Of a DNA stretch of 64,000 nt, positions 41,256-51,928 are shown piece after piece. This DNA comes from Candidatus Poribacteria bacterium (GTDB lineage: Bacteria > Poribacteria > WGA-4E > PCPOR2b): positions 1,024,001 to 1,088,000 of the forward strand of contig OZ244587.1 of the NCBI GenBank assembly GCA_965218095.1, in the 5' to 3' direction. The notes under the pieces were generated by a model that saw only the letters and a list, made by a program, of their open reading frames with translations, did not search any database and was not told the DNA's origin. The translations under genes were made by a program, and so were the position numbers. How positions within the stretch are numbered: position 1 is the first letter of the stretch; each line of letters opens with the position of its first letter.

Positions 41256-42410
41256 TTAATCAGACCAAATGGGTGTTAACACTTTCATCAGTTGAAGTAA
41301 ACTGTCCAGGTTGTGAGCCGGCAAAAAATAGTCGACATACGGCAGCGCCGTGCGTATGCCGCGACAAATCGGCTGATACCCTTCACTGCCGAGCAGAGGG
41401 TTCAACCAGATTAGCTTATATGCTTGGCGATGCAGCACCTCCATCCCCTTCTGGAGAACATCCGCTTCGCCCCGGTCCCAACCGTCACTGATTAAAATGA
41501 CCACAGATCTGTACGCCGAGAAAGACCGTCCAAACTCGCGGTTGAAGGCGACGATGCTTTCACCGATTCTCGTTCCTCCTGACCAATCGGGTACAACTTG
41601 AGCGACTTCGCGGAGCCCCTCTTCGATTCCCTTTCGGCGGAGGAGTCCGGTAATGTTCGTGAGCTGTGTACTAAAGACCGCGATTTCGACTTCCTCAATC
41701 GCCTGTTGCATCCCGTAGATAAACTGAATCAGGAAGGTGGAATAGTAATCCATCGATCCACTGACATCGCAGAGCAACAGGATCTTGTTTTTCTTGACCT
41801 TTTGACGCTTCCGGATCAATTTCAGCAGCTCCCCGCCGTAGGCGATGTTTTTACGCCAACTCCGTCGAAAATCGATTGTCTTCCCTTTGGTACTGGTCTT
41901 CTTCCGACAGCTCAGTTTTGTTGCCAACAATGGAACAAGTTTAGCGATAACCTCTCGCGCTTTTTGCATCTCCTCCGCTGTGAACTGGCCGAAATCCTTT
42001 TGGGTCAAAACCCTCTCGGCACTATAGGCAATTGTATCCTCTTCCCCTTCCTCTTTATCGTCCTCCATTTCTGTCCACTGGTCTAGGTTTACCACTGTTT
42101 CTTCGGCATTGATCAGATCTTCGAGAGACATCATTTGCTCGTCGTCCGTCTCAAGCCCCAACTCCTGTAAGTCAGGACGCGGATATCGCCAGAACCAGTC
42201 AAAAGCGGTATCAAATAACGCCCGATCCGATTCATTGGCAATCAGGTTCATTTTGGCGGCGTCGTAGAAATCTTTTTGTTGTCCAATATCGATTAATTCA
42301 ACACTTCGGCAGAAACTGATCTGATTCGTTGTGGTAACATTCACGCCCATCTGCTTGAGCAACCGGCAGAAGGCGGTAATTTCTTGAAGGAGCGGTTGTT
42401 GATTGGTCAT
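41256..42410 (-). CDS. vWA domain protein, CoxE-like
   Basis: DVSGSM, WSGGTRIG, ISDGWD, IWLNPL motifs. Confidence 0.93.
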   Translation of the reverse strand: MTNQQPLLQEITAFCRLLKQMGVNVTTTNQISFCRSVELIDIGQQKDFYDAAKMNLIANESDRALFDTAFDWFWRYPRPDLQELGLETDDEQMMSLEDLINAEETVVNLDQWTEMEDDKEEGEEDTIAYSAERVLTQKDFGQFTAEEMQKAREVIAKLVPLLATKLSCRKKTSTKGKTIDFRRSWRKNIAYGGELLKLIRKRQKVKKNKILLLCDVSGSMDYYSTFLIQFIYGMQQAIEEVEIAVFSTQLTNITGLLRRKGIEEGLREVAQVVPDWSGGTRIGESIVAFNREFGRSFSAYRSVVILISDGWDRGEADVLQKGMEVLHRQAYKLIWLNPLLGSEGYQPICRGIRTALPYVDYFLPAHNLDSLLQLMKVLTPIWSD

Positions 42411-42480
42411 AGGTCAAATCCGAACAGAATTTACTAGATTTTTAGGATAAAAGAAATCGAGAGTGCGCGTCAATATTTTT

Positions 42481-42675
42481 TTATTGCTCGTGATGCGTTA
42501 AGTGGTTTATATGATTCTGATTGAGTTTGCTGATTTCCGATCGAACCTCACTGATTTCCTCTCGGACACCTGTGATTTGTTGATTCATTTCAGATCGGAT
42601 GCCAGCGATTTCGGTGCGGACTTCCGTGATTTGCTGATTCACTTGTGAGATGACTTCGGCAAACCGCTTGTCCAT
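42481..42675 (-). CDS. Small coiled-coil protein or C-terminal fragment
   Basis: Heptad repeats VRTEI/IRSEM/VRSEI ending HINHLTHHEQ. Confidence 0.5.
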   Translation of the reverse strand: MDKRFAEVISQVNQQITEVRTEIAGIRSEMNQQITGVREEISEVRSEISKLNQNHINHLTHHEQ

Positions 42676-42715
42676 CTGATTCTGATGAATCCGCCCGTAA
42701 CAACTTATTAAAGTA

Positions 42716-43354
42716 TTAGAGAATCACCGTTCTAAATGTTAGCGATACCCTACGCTGCCTCTCATGCGTTTGGCCTGCCCACTAATCTAATTTTCTGGGA
42801 GCAATACCGTGCAACCACTCATATCTAGCTTTATCACTCAATACAATAATACTCCTTGGCGCAAGCCAGACAGGAATCTTTTTTGTCTTGTCAAATTTGT
42901 TTGTGAAATCCATAATACAATCTGAACCTAAACTCAAAGAGACAATCCTATCCCCAAAACAAGGTTCACAATCAACATGACTTGAAATCCCTTGCCCTGG
43001 TTTGTATTCATTGACAATAACTTAATCCGCATCTGCTAGCATGTAACCATCTTCATGTAATCTTCGACCAAGTGTTTGCAGCCACTTTGGCAAATGACCA
43101 ATGCGCATATCAAGGTTCACCTTCCGCGCTCTGTAGTCGTACTTGAAACCGTAATGCTGAACACGCCGCCTTAGATCTTTGAGCCACTGTTCTTTGTCAA
43201 TCTGAGCTAACAACCAACGATGCTCACTTTCACTGATGTAGTCTTCTATATACTTGAACCCTTTGATTGCATCAATAGCTTCCTCATTTCTTGGGGGAGG
43301 TTGGGGTTGAGGAGATTGCTGCTCATTTAAGGAAAAGAGGTATAGTTGTTGCAT
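42716..43354 (-). pseudogene. AlkB-family 2OG-Fe(II) dioxygenase with two in-frame stops
   Basis: RRVQHYG..YDY, *VIVNEYKPGQGISSHVD, SLSLGS, WLHGI, RVSLTFR; TAA at 43022 and TAG at 42782. Confidence 0.88.
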
Positions 43355-43466
43355 TGGTCGGTCCTCCTTGAGTCGAATTTACTCGTTGCAAAGCAGATCA
43401 TAGTAGACATTGGCATCGCGAAGGGAGCCATCTGTTAGCGTACGATAACAAAACCACTGGACATTT

Positions 43467-45960
43467 TGTACTGCCATCGGAAATTTAGCCCATTGTCTAA
43501 ACCAAGATTGTGATACAATGACAGTCAGATTGAAAGGAGAATCCGATGGCAAAACGAAGAAGATTCACACCCCAATTTAAGGCGGAAGTCGTTATTGAGG
43601 CACTTACCAACCAAAGTTCACAAGCGCAACTCTGTCGACAGCATAACCTCAGCGAAGAACAACTATCAAAGTGGAAACACCAACTCCTTGACAACGCAGC
43701 GATTCTCTTTGAATCCACTGATAAGCAATCCAACGACTCTAAAGAGCGGATTGCTCAACTGGAGCAACTCCTCGGTCGATTGACCCTGGCATTAGACATC
43801 CAAAAAAAGCCTCGACTTGGCTGACTTGAATCGGTTTCAAAAGTGACAGATGGTTGAGGCTTTACAGACCGATTACTCGGTTCGACACATTTGTGAGGTT
43901 CTCGGCTTCAATCAGTATAATGGTCCCCAATATTCGGGCCAGGAGTTAAGTAAGAAATAACGTCTAACTCCCGTCCACCAATGGAGGTCTGAATATGTCA
44001 ACCAAACGGATTCGGCATACTGCCAAATTCAAGTTTCAAATAGCCGTTGAAGCCATCAAGCCCGATAAAACTATCAACCAATTGGCAAGCGAGCATCAGT
44101 TGCACCCAAGCCAAATCAGCCAATGGAAGAAACAGTTGCTTGAACAAGGTAGCGATATTTTCGCTACCAACCCGACCCAGCGACAGCGTGAGCAAAATGA
44201 CAGGGAGTCGAGCCTGTATGAGCAAATGGGGCGGTTGAATATGGAACTCGACTGGTTGAAAAAAAAAGCTGCCTCAAGCCGCTGAACAGAGACGGGCACT
44301 CGTTGAACCCGACCACCTGAAACTGAGTATCCGTCGTCAGTGTGAATTACTCGGTTTTTCCCGGTCAACCCTCTACTGTCAACCGGCTACAGAGTCAGCA
44401 GACAATCTGCATCTGATGAGATAAATAGATGAGCAGTATCTGCAAACCCCTTTCTATGGGAGTCGTCGAATGACACAACATCTTAAGCGGCTTGGCTACC
44501 GTGTGAACCGCAAACGCATCCAGCGACTGATGCGTTTGATGGGTATAGAAGCGATTTATCCCAAACCCTCAGCCATCAACAGCGAGCATCGGATTTACCC
44601 ATACCTATTACGGGACTATGAGGTGACCGCTGCCAATGAGGTCTGGTCGGCTGACATTACCTATATCCCGATGGATAAAGGGTTTATGTATCTGGTGGCG
44701 ATACTCGACTGGTATAGTCGTTACGTCATCACTTGGGAGTTATCCAATAGTCTATCAGGGCAGTTCTGTCTCGACGCTTTGCATCACGCATTATCTGGGG
44801 CAACCCCCATCATCTTCAATACTGACCAAGGTGTCCAGTTTACAGCCAATGCTTTCACCGATACGGTCGAAGCCGCTAGTATTGCTATGAGTATGGACAG
44901 CGTGGGGAGAGCCATTGACAACATTTACATTGAGCGGTTTTGGCGAAGCGTCAAGTATGAAGATGTTTATCACAAACTTTACCAAACAGGGCAAGCCCTG
45001 TTTGATGGATTAACTCAATATATCCGTTTCTATAATCAACAGCGACCTCACCAGAGTCTAAATTATGCTACCCCGGCTGAGGTCTATCTGAGCTAAAGCA
45101 GTGTCAGTTTATCTCAAATATCTTACTTATTTTTCCTGTATTTTGGCCTCGACAATGGGTCCACTTTACAGAGCAGTCTCTATTATCAATCTAAAAGCGA
45201 CCCCTTAGAGCCAGTGCTACGAGATGAAATCGAAAAACTATCTGCCCGTTATCCGAAATATGGCTATAGGCGTATCACGCAGTTGCTGTTGCGTATGGGA
45301 TACACGGTCGGTTACCGACGCATCGCCCGATTGATGAAAGCGGATAATCTGTGGGTCGCCGTAAAATGTGGCAGTCAAACCACCCAATCGTTTGACTGTG
45401 TTGGTCAATCGGTCAATCGGGTTGAGAATCTTGACATCTGTCGAAGCAATCAAGTTTGGGTCGGTGATATCACCTATGTCCGACTCAAAGGACAATTCGT
45501 CTATGTTTCGGTGTTAATCGATGTCTTGACCCGAATGATAAGAGGTTGGCAGATGAGTCGGCACTTGACACAACCTCTCACATTAAGACCGTTGCAACAG
45601 GCATTAAGCCAAAGCATTCCAGAAATTCATCATAGCGACCAGGGAGTTGAGTATCTTCCGACAGCCTATATTTCCACGCTTATTGGTCATGGGGTTGAGA
45701 TTTCCTTAGCGCATTGGGGGCGTCCGTGGGAGAACGGCTATGCTGAGAGGCTGATAAGAACCCTCAAGGAGGAAGAGGTCCATCTCAATGACTACGATGA
45801 TATAATGGATGCCAGAGCGCGAATCGGTCATTTTATTGGACAGGTTTATAACCAGAAACGACCTCACTCGGCGTTAGGGTATTTGACGCCAGTTGAATTT
45901 GAGCAAAAACACTTGTCTTAACTTTGATGATTTCTGGTCTAAATTAACGTTGGCACTTCA
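43467..45960 (+). mobile_element. IS3-family element (outer), degenerate; OrfA 43546-43824, OrfB split by a nested IS
   Basis: Ends TGTACTGCCATCGGAAATTTAG / CTAAATTAACGTTGGCACTTCA; WVGDITY, HHSDQG, ENGYAER..TLKEE. Confidence 0.88.
43916..45170 (+). mobile_element. IS3-family element (nested); OrfA 43995-44285, OrfB to 45096 with an internal stop
   Basis: Ends TATAATGGTCCCC / GGGTCCACTTTACA; WSADITY, NTDQG, DNIYIERFWRSVKYE. Confidence 0.9.
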
Positions 45961-46117
45961 CTCGGTTGCCGACGCCTTTGAGTGCAAAGAGTAAGGCGAT
46001 GGTAACCCCTTCAGAAGGATAGAGATTGGCTTGGGTATGCTTTTGGTTTTTCTGGTGTTATGTGAGTTTATCATCTACACAACAGAACAATTGTGTGATA
46101 AAATCTATAATGGTCAT
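45961..46117 (-). pseudogene. N-terminal relic of another DDE transposase
   Basis: MTIIDFITQLFCCVDD...LYPSE.VTIALLFALKGVGNR. Confidence 0.6.
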
Positions 46118-46267
46118 GAGTTTGGATTTCCTCCCGTTAATCAAGAATTGTCTAACACTTAGATTAACGGTAGAATCGAGGAAACCGTCTCATGACCCTA
46201 ATCCAACAAGAACCAAAGCAAAGCCAAGGTGTTCTGTTATGTCCATTGACTTCCAAATTCCAAACTA

Positions 46268-47086
46268 GGTTCTGTTGACATTTCAAGGGAGCCATATAAG
46301 AGTGGAGACAAAGCTGAGAAATCCAAAATAACGGATAGATAACTTCTCAAACCGAGAGAAGATGCGGCGATACCATTTTATCTTGTTAATGAAACATTCA
46401 ACCCGATGTCTCTCTTTGTACAGATGTTTGTCGTAATCTCTTTGATCCACACGATGACTTTTGGGCGGTATCACCGCAATCGCTCCATTCGCCTCAATAA
46501 CCGCGATAAAATTGTCGGAGTCATATCCCTTGTCTCCAATCACATACTCGCTTTTATATCCAAGTATCAACGCTTCTGCTTCCGCTATGTCGTTTCTTTG
46601 ACCGGGCATCAGATGTATTCTTAGTGGATTACCCAGGCCGTCAACGGTGATGTGAATTTTTGTACTGAATCCCCCGCGAGAGCAGCCTAACGCTTGGTTT
46701 TCAGTGCCACCCTTTTTTTTCGGCACCCGCCGCAGACGGGTGCGCTCGAATGATTGTACTGTCCACAATAAGCGACTCGATATCGGGGTCAGAGGCGAAG
46801 TGGTGGTGCATCTGTGTGAAGCCCCCTTTGTCGCACCACCGAGCAAAACGCTTATAGCGGGTGTTCCATTTACCATAGGTGTCTGGCAGAAGTCTCCATT
46901 GAGCACCGCTACGGGTCGCCCAGAGAACAGCTTCGATAAAGCGGCGTGTTGTCGCTTCGTTGCCAACATAGATGGTGGGACAAGTTAGAAGAAACGAGTA
47001 TATCTTTTTCCATTGGTCATCGGGTAAGGTTATTGGCATCATTCTTCTATTATGCCACAACCTTATACTCAAATGTCAACAGAACC
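46268..47086 (-). mobile_element. IS5-family element, copy 4 (diverged; 1 nt shorter at the slippery site)
   Basis: Same TIRs and TA duplication; ORFs 46701-47072 and 46283 onward. Confidence 0.95.
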
Positions 47087-47118
47087 TAGCACCATTGGTT
47101 AATATGTTCTAAGTAATT

Positions 47119-48223
47119 GAGGGGTGCTCATAAGTAGACTTGAGTCAGGATAACGGTTATAATCTAATCTAACGTGCAAGAAAGAGAGGATTATAACATG
47201 GGTTATCCTGACAGTACGTATTATATCACATTTTTGTTTGAACAACTTGACCATTTCAACGCTTCCAGCCATGCACCGCCACCTGAGAGCCATGGACGTC
47301 CGAAATCGTATACAGACGACTGCTTGATTGTCCTTTTTGCCATCTTAACGCTCAAAGGCCTCCATCGCTTTAAGGCACAACACAGATGGCTCAAGCTACA
47401 CCCGCAGTGGCTGTGTCGTCTTAAACTGGCATGTGTTCCGTCTCGGGCAACCCTTTGCCGACGCTACAAACAACTCGCTTACCAGCTAGAGGCGTTCATC
47501 GGGTATCTCGGTGATGTGGGAATGACTTTGATACCTGACTCACCTCCAGAGGTGGTTTACCAAGACAAAAGTCTGTTTAAGGCAAAAGGAAGCGTCTGGC
47601 ATCAGAAGGATAGAAATGCCAATCGCATCCCAACTGGCATCCGTGCCATTGACACAGACGCCAGTTGGTCAAAGAGTCACTATCACGGTTGGGTTTACGG
47701 CTATGGGCTTCATCTGACCGTCTCTATAGAGGGATTGCCTCGTATGAGTGCCATTGACACCGCGTGTGTGAGTGAAAAAGCCGTCCTTGACCGACAACTC
47801 GACACACTGCTTGAACAGAACATCGGGTATTTAGTCGCTGATGCCGGCTATACCGACTTGAAACGTACCCAACACTTGGCGAACCAGGGACTGTTGCTAA
47901 TCACTCCCGTCAGAGGCGCAAAGAGTCAGCGGGCACGGCGTTATGTTGAAGCGGTGAATCAATCGGCGCAGTTGCAGACCTATCAACACAAGCGCAAGGT
48001 TGCTATTGAACCTATCTTTGGATTGTTGAGCCAATTACTATCGACCCATACCAATCATAAGCAATTGCCGGTGAGTCGAAAAGCGAATGTCTCTACCTTT
48101 TTGATGCTGGGGGTGGTTTTACTGCAACTGGCTATGTTAGTCAATTCTATTTGGGGAAGACCCCTGAGAAATGTAACACATCTGATTACACTCTTTCGAT
48201 AAGGGGACTTATGAGCACCCCTC
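47119..48223 (+). mobile_element. IS982-like DDE element with an apparently intact transposase (47198-48202)
   Basis: TIR GAGGGGTGCTCATAAGT; AAGTAATT direct repeat; YHGWVYGYGLH, ADAGY, IEPIF. Confidence 0.87.
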
Positions 48224-48392
48224 AAGTAATTATGAATGCTCAATTATAAATTGGAAAAACCCGATCGGCATGCGGATTCTTGCCATTCATAATTTACTTA
48301 CGCTGGCATCGTCCCAGTCAATCTCTATTACGGGCATTATCTTCTCTCGCTTGTCGCACGCTTGCGTGGCGGAAGTCAATCTATTTCCTGCT

Positions 48393-49289
48393 TTAGATTA
48401 ATCCATGTTCAAGCAAGAGATCCCGCAATTCACTTTTTGCGGCACCGCTGACCGGCAGGAGGGGGCTCGTCATGTGCTCGCGGCAAACGCCCAGAATTTC
48501 CATGCAGGCTTTCAAGCAAGTCGGCGCGGCACCAAAACTGTAGAGTTTACTCAGTCCAAGTATCTGTTTCTGCAAACGATGGACTTCATCAATTTTTCGA
48601 TCTTTCGCCGCATTGTACAACTGAACCGCCGTTTTCGGATCGACATTTGAGATCGAGATGACGCCGCCTTCCGCCCCAAACGTGATCGCTGCGCCCGCCA
48701 TCGTGTAGGAACCAAGCAAGATTGAGAAGTCCTCGTCATCGCCAAGATAGGTCAACATTTTGAGGAAATTCGTCCAATCCCCGGAGCTATCCTTGATCCC
48801 CACGATATTTTCTTGCCCTTCCGCCAAATCGCGGACAACTTCCGGTGGGATTGCGGTCTTTACCATCACCGGAATATTGTAGATAATCACCGGTAGATCG
48901 GTGCTTTCAGCAATACTCTTGTAAAAAGCGATGATGTCAGCGTCGCTGTTTGATGGGTAGTAGTAGGGCGGCGTTGCCGCAACGGCATCAATCTTGAACT
49001 CCTGCGCCATTTCAATATTTTGGATGACCCGCTGGGTACTTGAATCCATCACGCCGCAGATAATCGGGACGCGCCCGCCAACCACGTTGACTGCGATCTC
49101 CATGGCACGTTGACGCTCCGCATTTGTCAGCGTCGTGAACTCGCCTGAAGTGCCTAACAGGTAGATACCGTGTATCCCGTTATCGATTAAACGGTTGAGA
49201 TGCTTCACAAACCCCAATTCATCAACGCGCTCTTTCTCGTCCAGGGGAGTTATCGTCGGTGTCAAAATGCCTTCAAATCTTATGTTCAT
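48393..49289 (-). CDS. Dihydrodipicolinate synthase family lyase/aldolase
   Basis: GTSGEF, TPPYY, YNIP and GIKDSSGD motifs. Confidence 0.93.
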   Translation of the reverse strand: MNIRFEGILTPTITPLDEKERVDELGFVKHLNRLIDNGIHGIYLLGTSGEFTTLTNAERQRAMEIAVNVVGGRVPIICGVMDSSTQRVIQNIEMAQEFKIDAVAATPPYYYPSNSDADIIAFYKSIAESTDLPVIIYNIPVMVKTAIPPEVVRDLAEGQENIVGIKDSSGDWTNFLKMLTYLGDDEDFSILLGSYTMAGAAITFGAEGGVISISNVDPKTAVQLYNAAKDRKIDEVHRLQKQILGLSKLYSFGAAPTCLKACMEILGVCREHMTSPLLPVSGAAKSELRDLLLEHGLI

Positions 49290-49451
49290 GGTGTTGTCCT
49301 CCTTATTTTATCGAAAACGTGATTTGTTGATTTCCAGTAAATGTCAATAGCGTTCCAGAGAAAATAAGACTTAAACTTCCCTTTTTTAGGGTATTCACAA
49401 CGTTCTCCTTTCCTGGAAACTTTATCGGCAAGTCCACTCACATCAAGGGGT

Positions 49452-49767
49452 TCAAGGGCCTCTCCCTTCTCGCATGGCAATAATGCCGCGACTAAATTCG
49501 TTATCTTCAGGATTAATTCCTTGGTCGATCATGAGTTGCTGCAGCTTTCTAGCACCGATCAGTTTTCGCGGCTCGATTCCCATCTCTCTCATCACTCTAG
49601 CGAAGATTTTACGCTGCATGTCTTTGTTCCGCCGACCGAGTTCTATGAGGTCCAATGGTTTTTCGGATGCACCGGGCAGATGATGTTTAGACAGCGCGCG
49701 AATTTCCTCCCCGATCTGCCCGACGCGGTTTTCTTGTTGTATCGATCCAGAACTTTTTCAATTTCCA
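49452..49767 (-). pseudogene. Frameshifted small hypothetical gene
   Basis: MEIEKVLDRY... and DLIELGRRNK...GINPEDNEFSRGIIAMRE in different frames. Confidence 0.4.
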
Positions 49768-49896
49768 TAAAACTTACGCACTTCAAACTGAAAAAGTCTC
49801 GTCCTGACTGTATCTTGAATCCTGAATCCAGATCAAGCTGTAAGATACAAGATGCAGGCAGACCTTGAACCCGAGAAATCAACTGCGTAAGTCCTA
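49768..49896. mobile_element. MITE with IS701-type ends (second copy)
   Basis: TAAAACTTACGCA...TGCGTAAGTCCTA; internal atcttgaatcctgaatcc/gatacaagatgca shared with the 24006 copy. Confidence 0.68.
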
Positions 49897-51321
49897 AGAA
49901 AGTTGAGAAGAAAGGTTTAGAGGATTTCGAGGATCTATCACTACTTCTCCATCAAAGATTCCTTGCCATCTCTGGAATAGCTTTTTGAAAAATGCGTTTT
50001 CTTCCAACGCAGCATCTATCAATGCACAAGTCTGAGGGACATCCTCCAAACTACCGCCAACCTTTGTATGAAATAACCACGGCTGTGCATGATAAAAGAG
50101 GGACATAGCAACGTAATGCGTTGCTTCTACCACCAAGCGTAGTACGAAGCGGCGCATAAAAGCATCAGATGTAATTTTATCTCCACATCTTGACTTTCGT
50201 ATTGCGAGGTAACGATTAGTCACTGAGACAACATCCGACCAACACATCCTAGGCATTCTAATAATTAAATGTACCAGATCCATTTCTGGTCCTCCGATAT
50301 TGATCCCAGGTAGGTCTATGAATTTGATTTTTCCATCATGGAGAAACAAATTCTGACCATGGAGGTCTCCATGGATCAAACCTTCTATGCCTATATCAAT
50401 CTCAGATTCAAGTTCCTCAATTTGCTGATACCATATATTGATGAAAGCATCGCTCTCTGGTCTTTTTGGAAGTTTGCCGAAGGCCTGAAGTAAAGTTCCA
50501 ATTGGTGCAATCCATCGTATGTGATTGATTTCAACCACTCCAACCCGACGTATCAGATTCTCTGGGATGTAGGTGAGATCGGTTAAATGAAATTCAACTA
50601 GGGCTTCCAAAATCAAATCGAGATAAGTTGAGACATTTGTACCAGTTTTTGTCAGATTTGTTTCAAAAGATTCGCCTAAATCTTCCAAGTACAACGTTTC
50701 AGATTTATCATCTGCGTAATATTTGGGGAAATGTAAACTTTGACTAGACAAGTATTTATAGGGTGCACAATCACGAAGGTATGTTCCAGATGGGGCTCCG
50801 TGGTAGACCTTCGCCACAAGGCTTGTCTCCTCTGAATTCGATTGGATGGTTAGCCGAAAAACACGACCAGCATACAAATTGCATATCCGATAATATTTTA
50901 TTGCGTGTTGCGGGTGTCCTTGAATATGTGCTATGGCAGACTCAACGGACTCAAGTTTGAAGTCTGGCAACTTAGGTTGCACTTCCACTTTCACCTCGCG
51001 ACTTAAAACAATAACATTCCAGCTTCCCGGATTTGCAATTTTAATGGTGTCAACAATAAATGTTTGTGTTTCATTTGGCATCAACTCCAACAAGGTTCTT
51101 GCTGCAAGTGACGGCATGTCCATCAAATCGCGGCAAATCATGAAAACTGGCACAACTTCAGATGCTCGTTGGTTCGTGGGATTATGGATGTCTATTTCTA
51201 TACGAACCGTCTCCTTTGGCCTCACTCTAGCAGGGATGATACGAACATTCTTTACTATTAATGGTATTCCAATCTCCCTGCTGCTCTGAGTTCGGGAAGG
51301 TACCTCAGTGTAATTTTTCAT
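49894..51321 (-). CDS. Aminoglycoside-phosphotransferase-like kinase with an N-terminal CARDB/Ig-like domain (start uncertain)
   Basis: VAK, LYLEDLG, IHGDLHGQN, FID, DL motifs; AT-rich relative to its flanks. Confidence 0.78.
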   Translation of the reverse strand: MKNYTEVPSRTQSSREIGIPLIVKNVRIIPARVRPKETVRIEIDIHNPTNQRASEVVPVFMICRDLMDMPSLAARTLLELMPNETQTFIVDTIKIANPGSWNVIVLSREVKVEVQPKLPDFKLESVESAIAHIQGHPQHAIKYYRICNLYAGRVFRLTIQSNSEETSLVAKVYHGAPSGTYLRDCAPYKYLSSQSLHFPKYYADDKSETLYLEDLGESFETNLTKTGTNVSTYLDLILEALVEFHLTDLTYIPENLIRRVGVVEINHIRWIAPIGTLLQAFGKLPKRPESDAFINIWYQQIEELESEIDIGIEGLIHGDLHGQNLFLHDGKIKFIDLPGINIGGPEMDLVHLIIRMPRMCWSDVVSVTNRYLAIRKSRCGDKITSDAFMRRFVLRLVVEATHYVAMSLFYHAQPWLFHTKVGGSLEDVPQTCALIDAALEENAFFKKLFQRWQGIFDGEVVIDPRNPLNLSSQLS

Positions 51322-51394
51322 CTTAATAATACAAATAGAAGTTACGCACTTGGCTAGAAAATAGGTTATAATAACGCAAGTTGCTAGTTGAATA

Positions 51395-51460
51395 TCCATG
51401 GGATTTTCTTTAGAGTATTTGCCACCCAACAAAACTCTTAAACAGGAGAATCCCATGGAT
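51395..51460. repeat. Imperfect palindrome
   Basis: tccatgggattttct..agagt / actct...agaatcccatgga. Confidence 0.55.
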
Positions 51461-51831
51461 CTAATTATTGTTCATCTGATGAAGGGATACGGATGGATTA
51501 AAGTTTTCAAGATAGTTTCCCCAAACGGCGACATTGAATACTGGGCAACCAGCGACCTATCAATGAACGAACTGTATCGACTCAAGTATGCCGAACTGTC
51601 TTGGGCAATTGAAGCATATCACCGAGGCGTCAAGCAATTGAAAGGTGCATGGATCGCAAGGCAGTTGCACAACGGAATCATATTGAGCTAGCATTGCAAG
51701 CGCTTCTACGTATAGAGCAACACTGTTTTTCGACAGGCATCAGTTGGTTTGAAGCAAAATTTTCGATTATCAGAAAAGCGGTGAGTGCCTATTTGGCTCA
51801 ACCACTTTACACTTTAACTGCGTAACTCCTA
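51460..51831 (+). mobile_element. IS701-family 3' remnant
   Basis: GYGWIKVFKIV..EYWAT..WAIEAYHRGVKQ, QRNHI; end tgcgtaactccta. Confidence 0.8.
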
Positions 51832-51928
51832 TTCCATTGTTTCGGGCCTCCCTATTTTTATGGTGAGGATCATGTGAAACGTAAAACCTCATGCGTAAAA
51901 TCTTCGCATTTACGTTTCATGTCTCACG

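Noticed and set aside
24168-42410. Aerobic CO dehydrogenase system (Mo subunit plus CoxE)
   Set aside because: The genes are about 15 kb apart, the CoxL form I signature is absent, and there is no coxM or coxS.
5922-44425. Amber (TAG) recoding, suggested by several in-frame TAGs
   Set aside because: In-frame TAA and TGA also occur, TAG replaces different residues, and TAG ends intact genes (4292, 21029, 26537).
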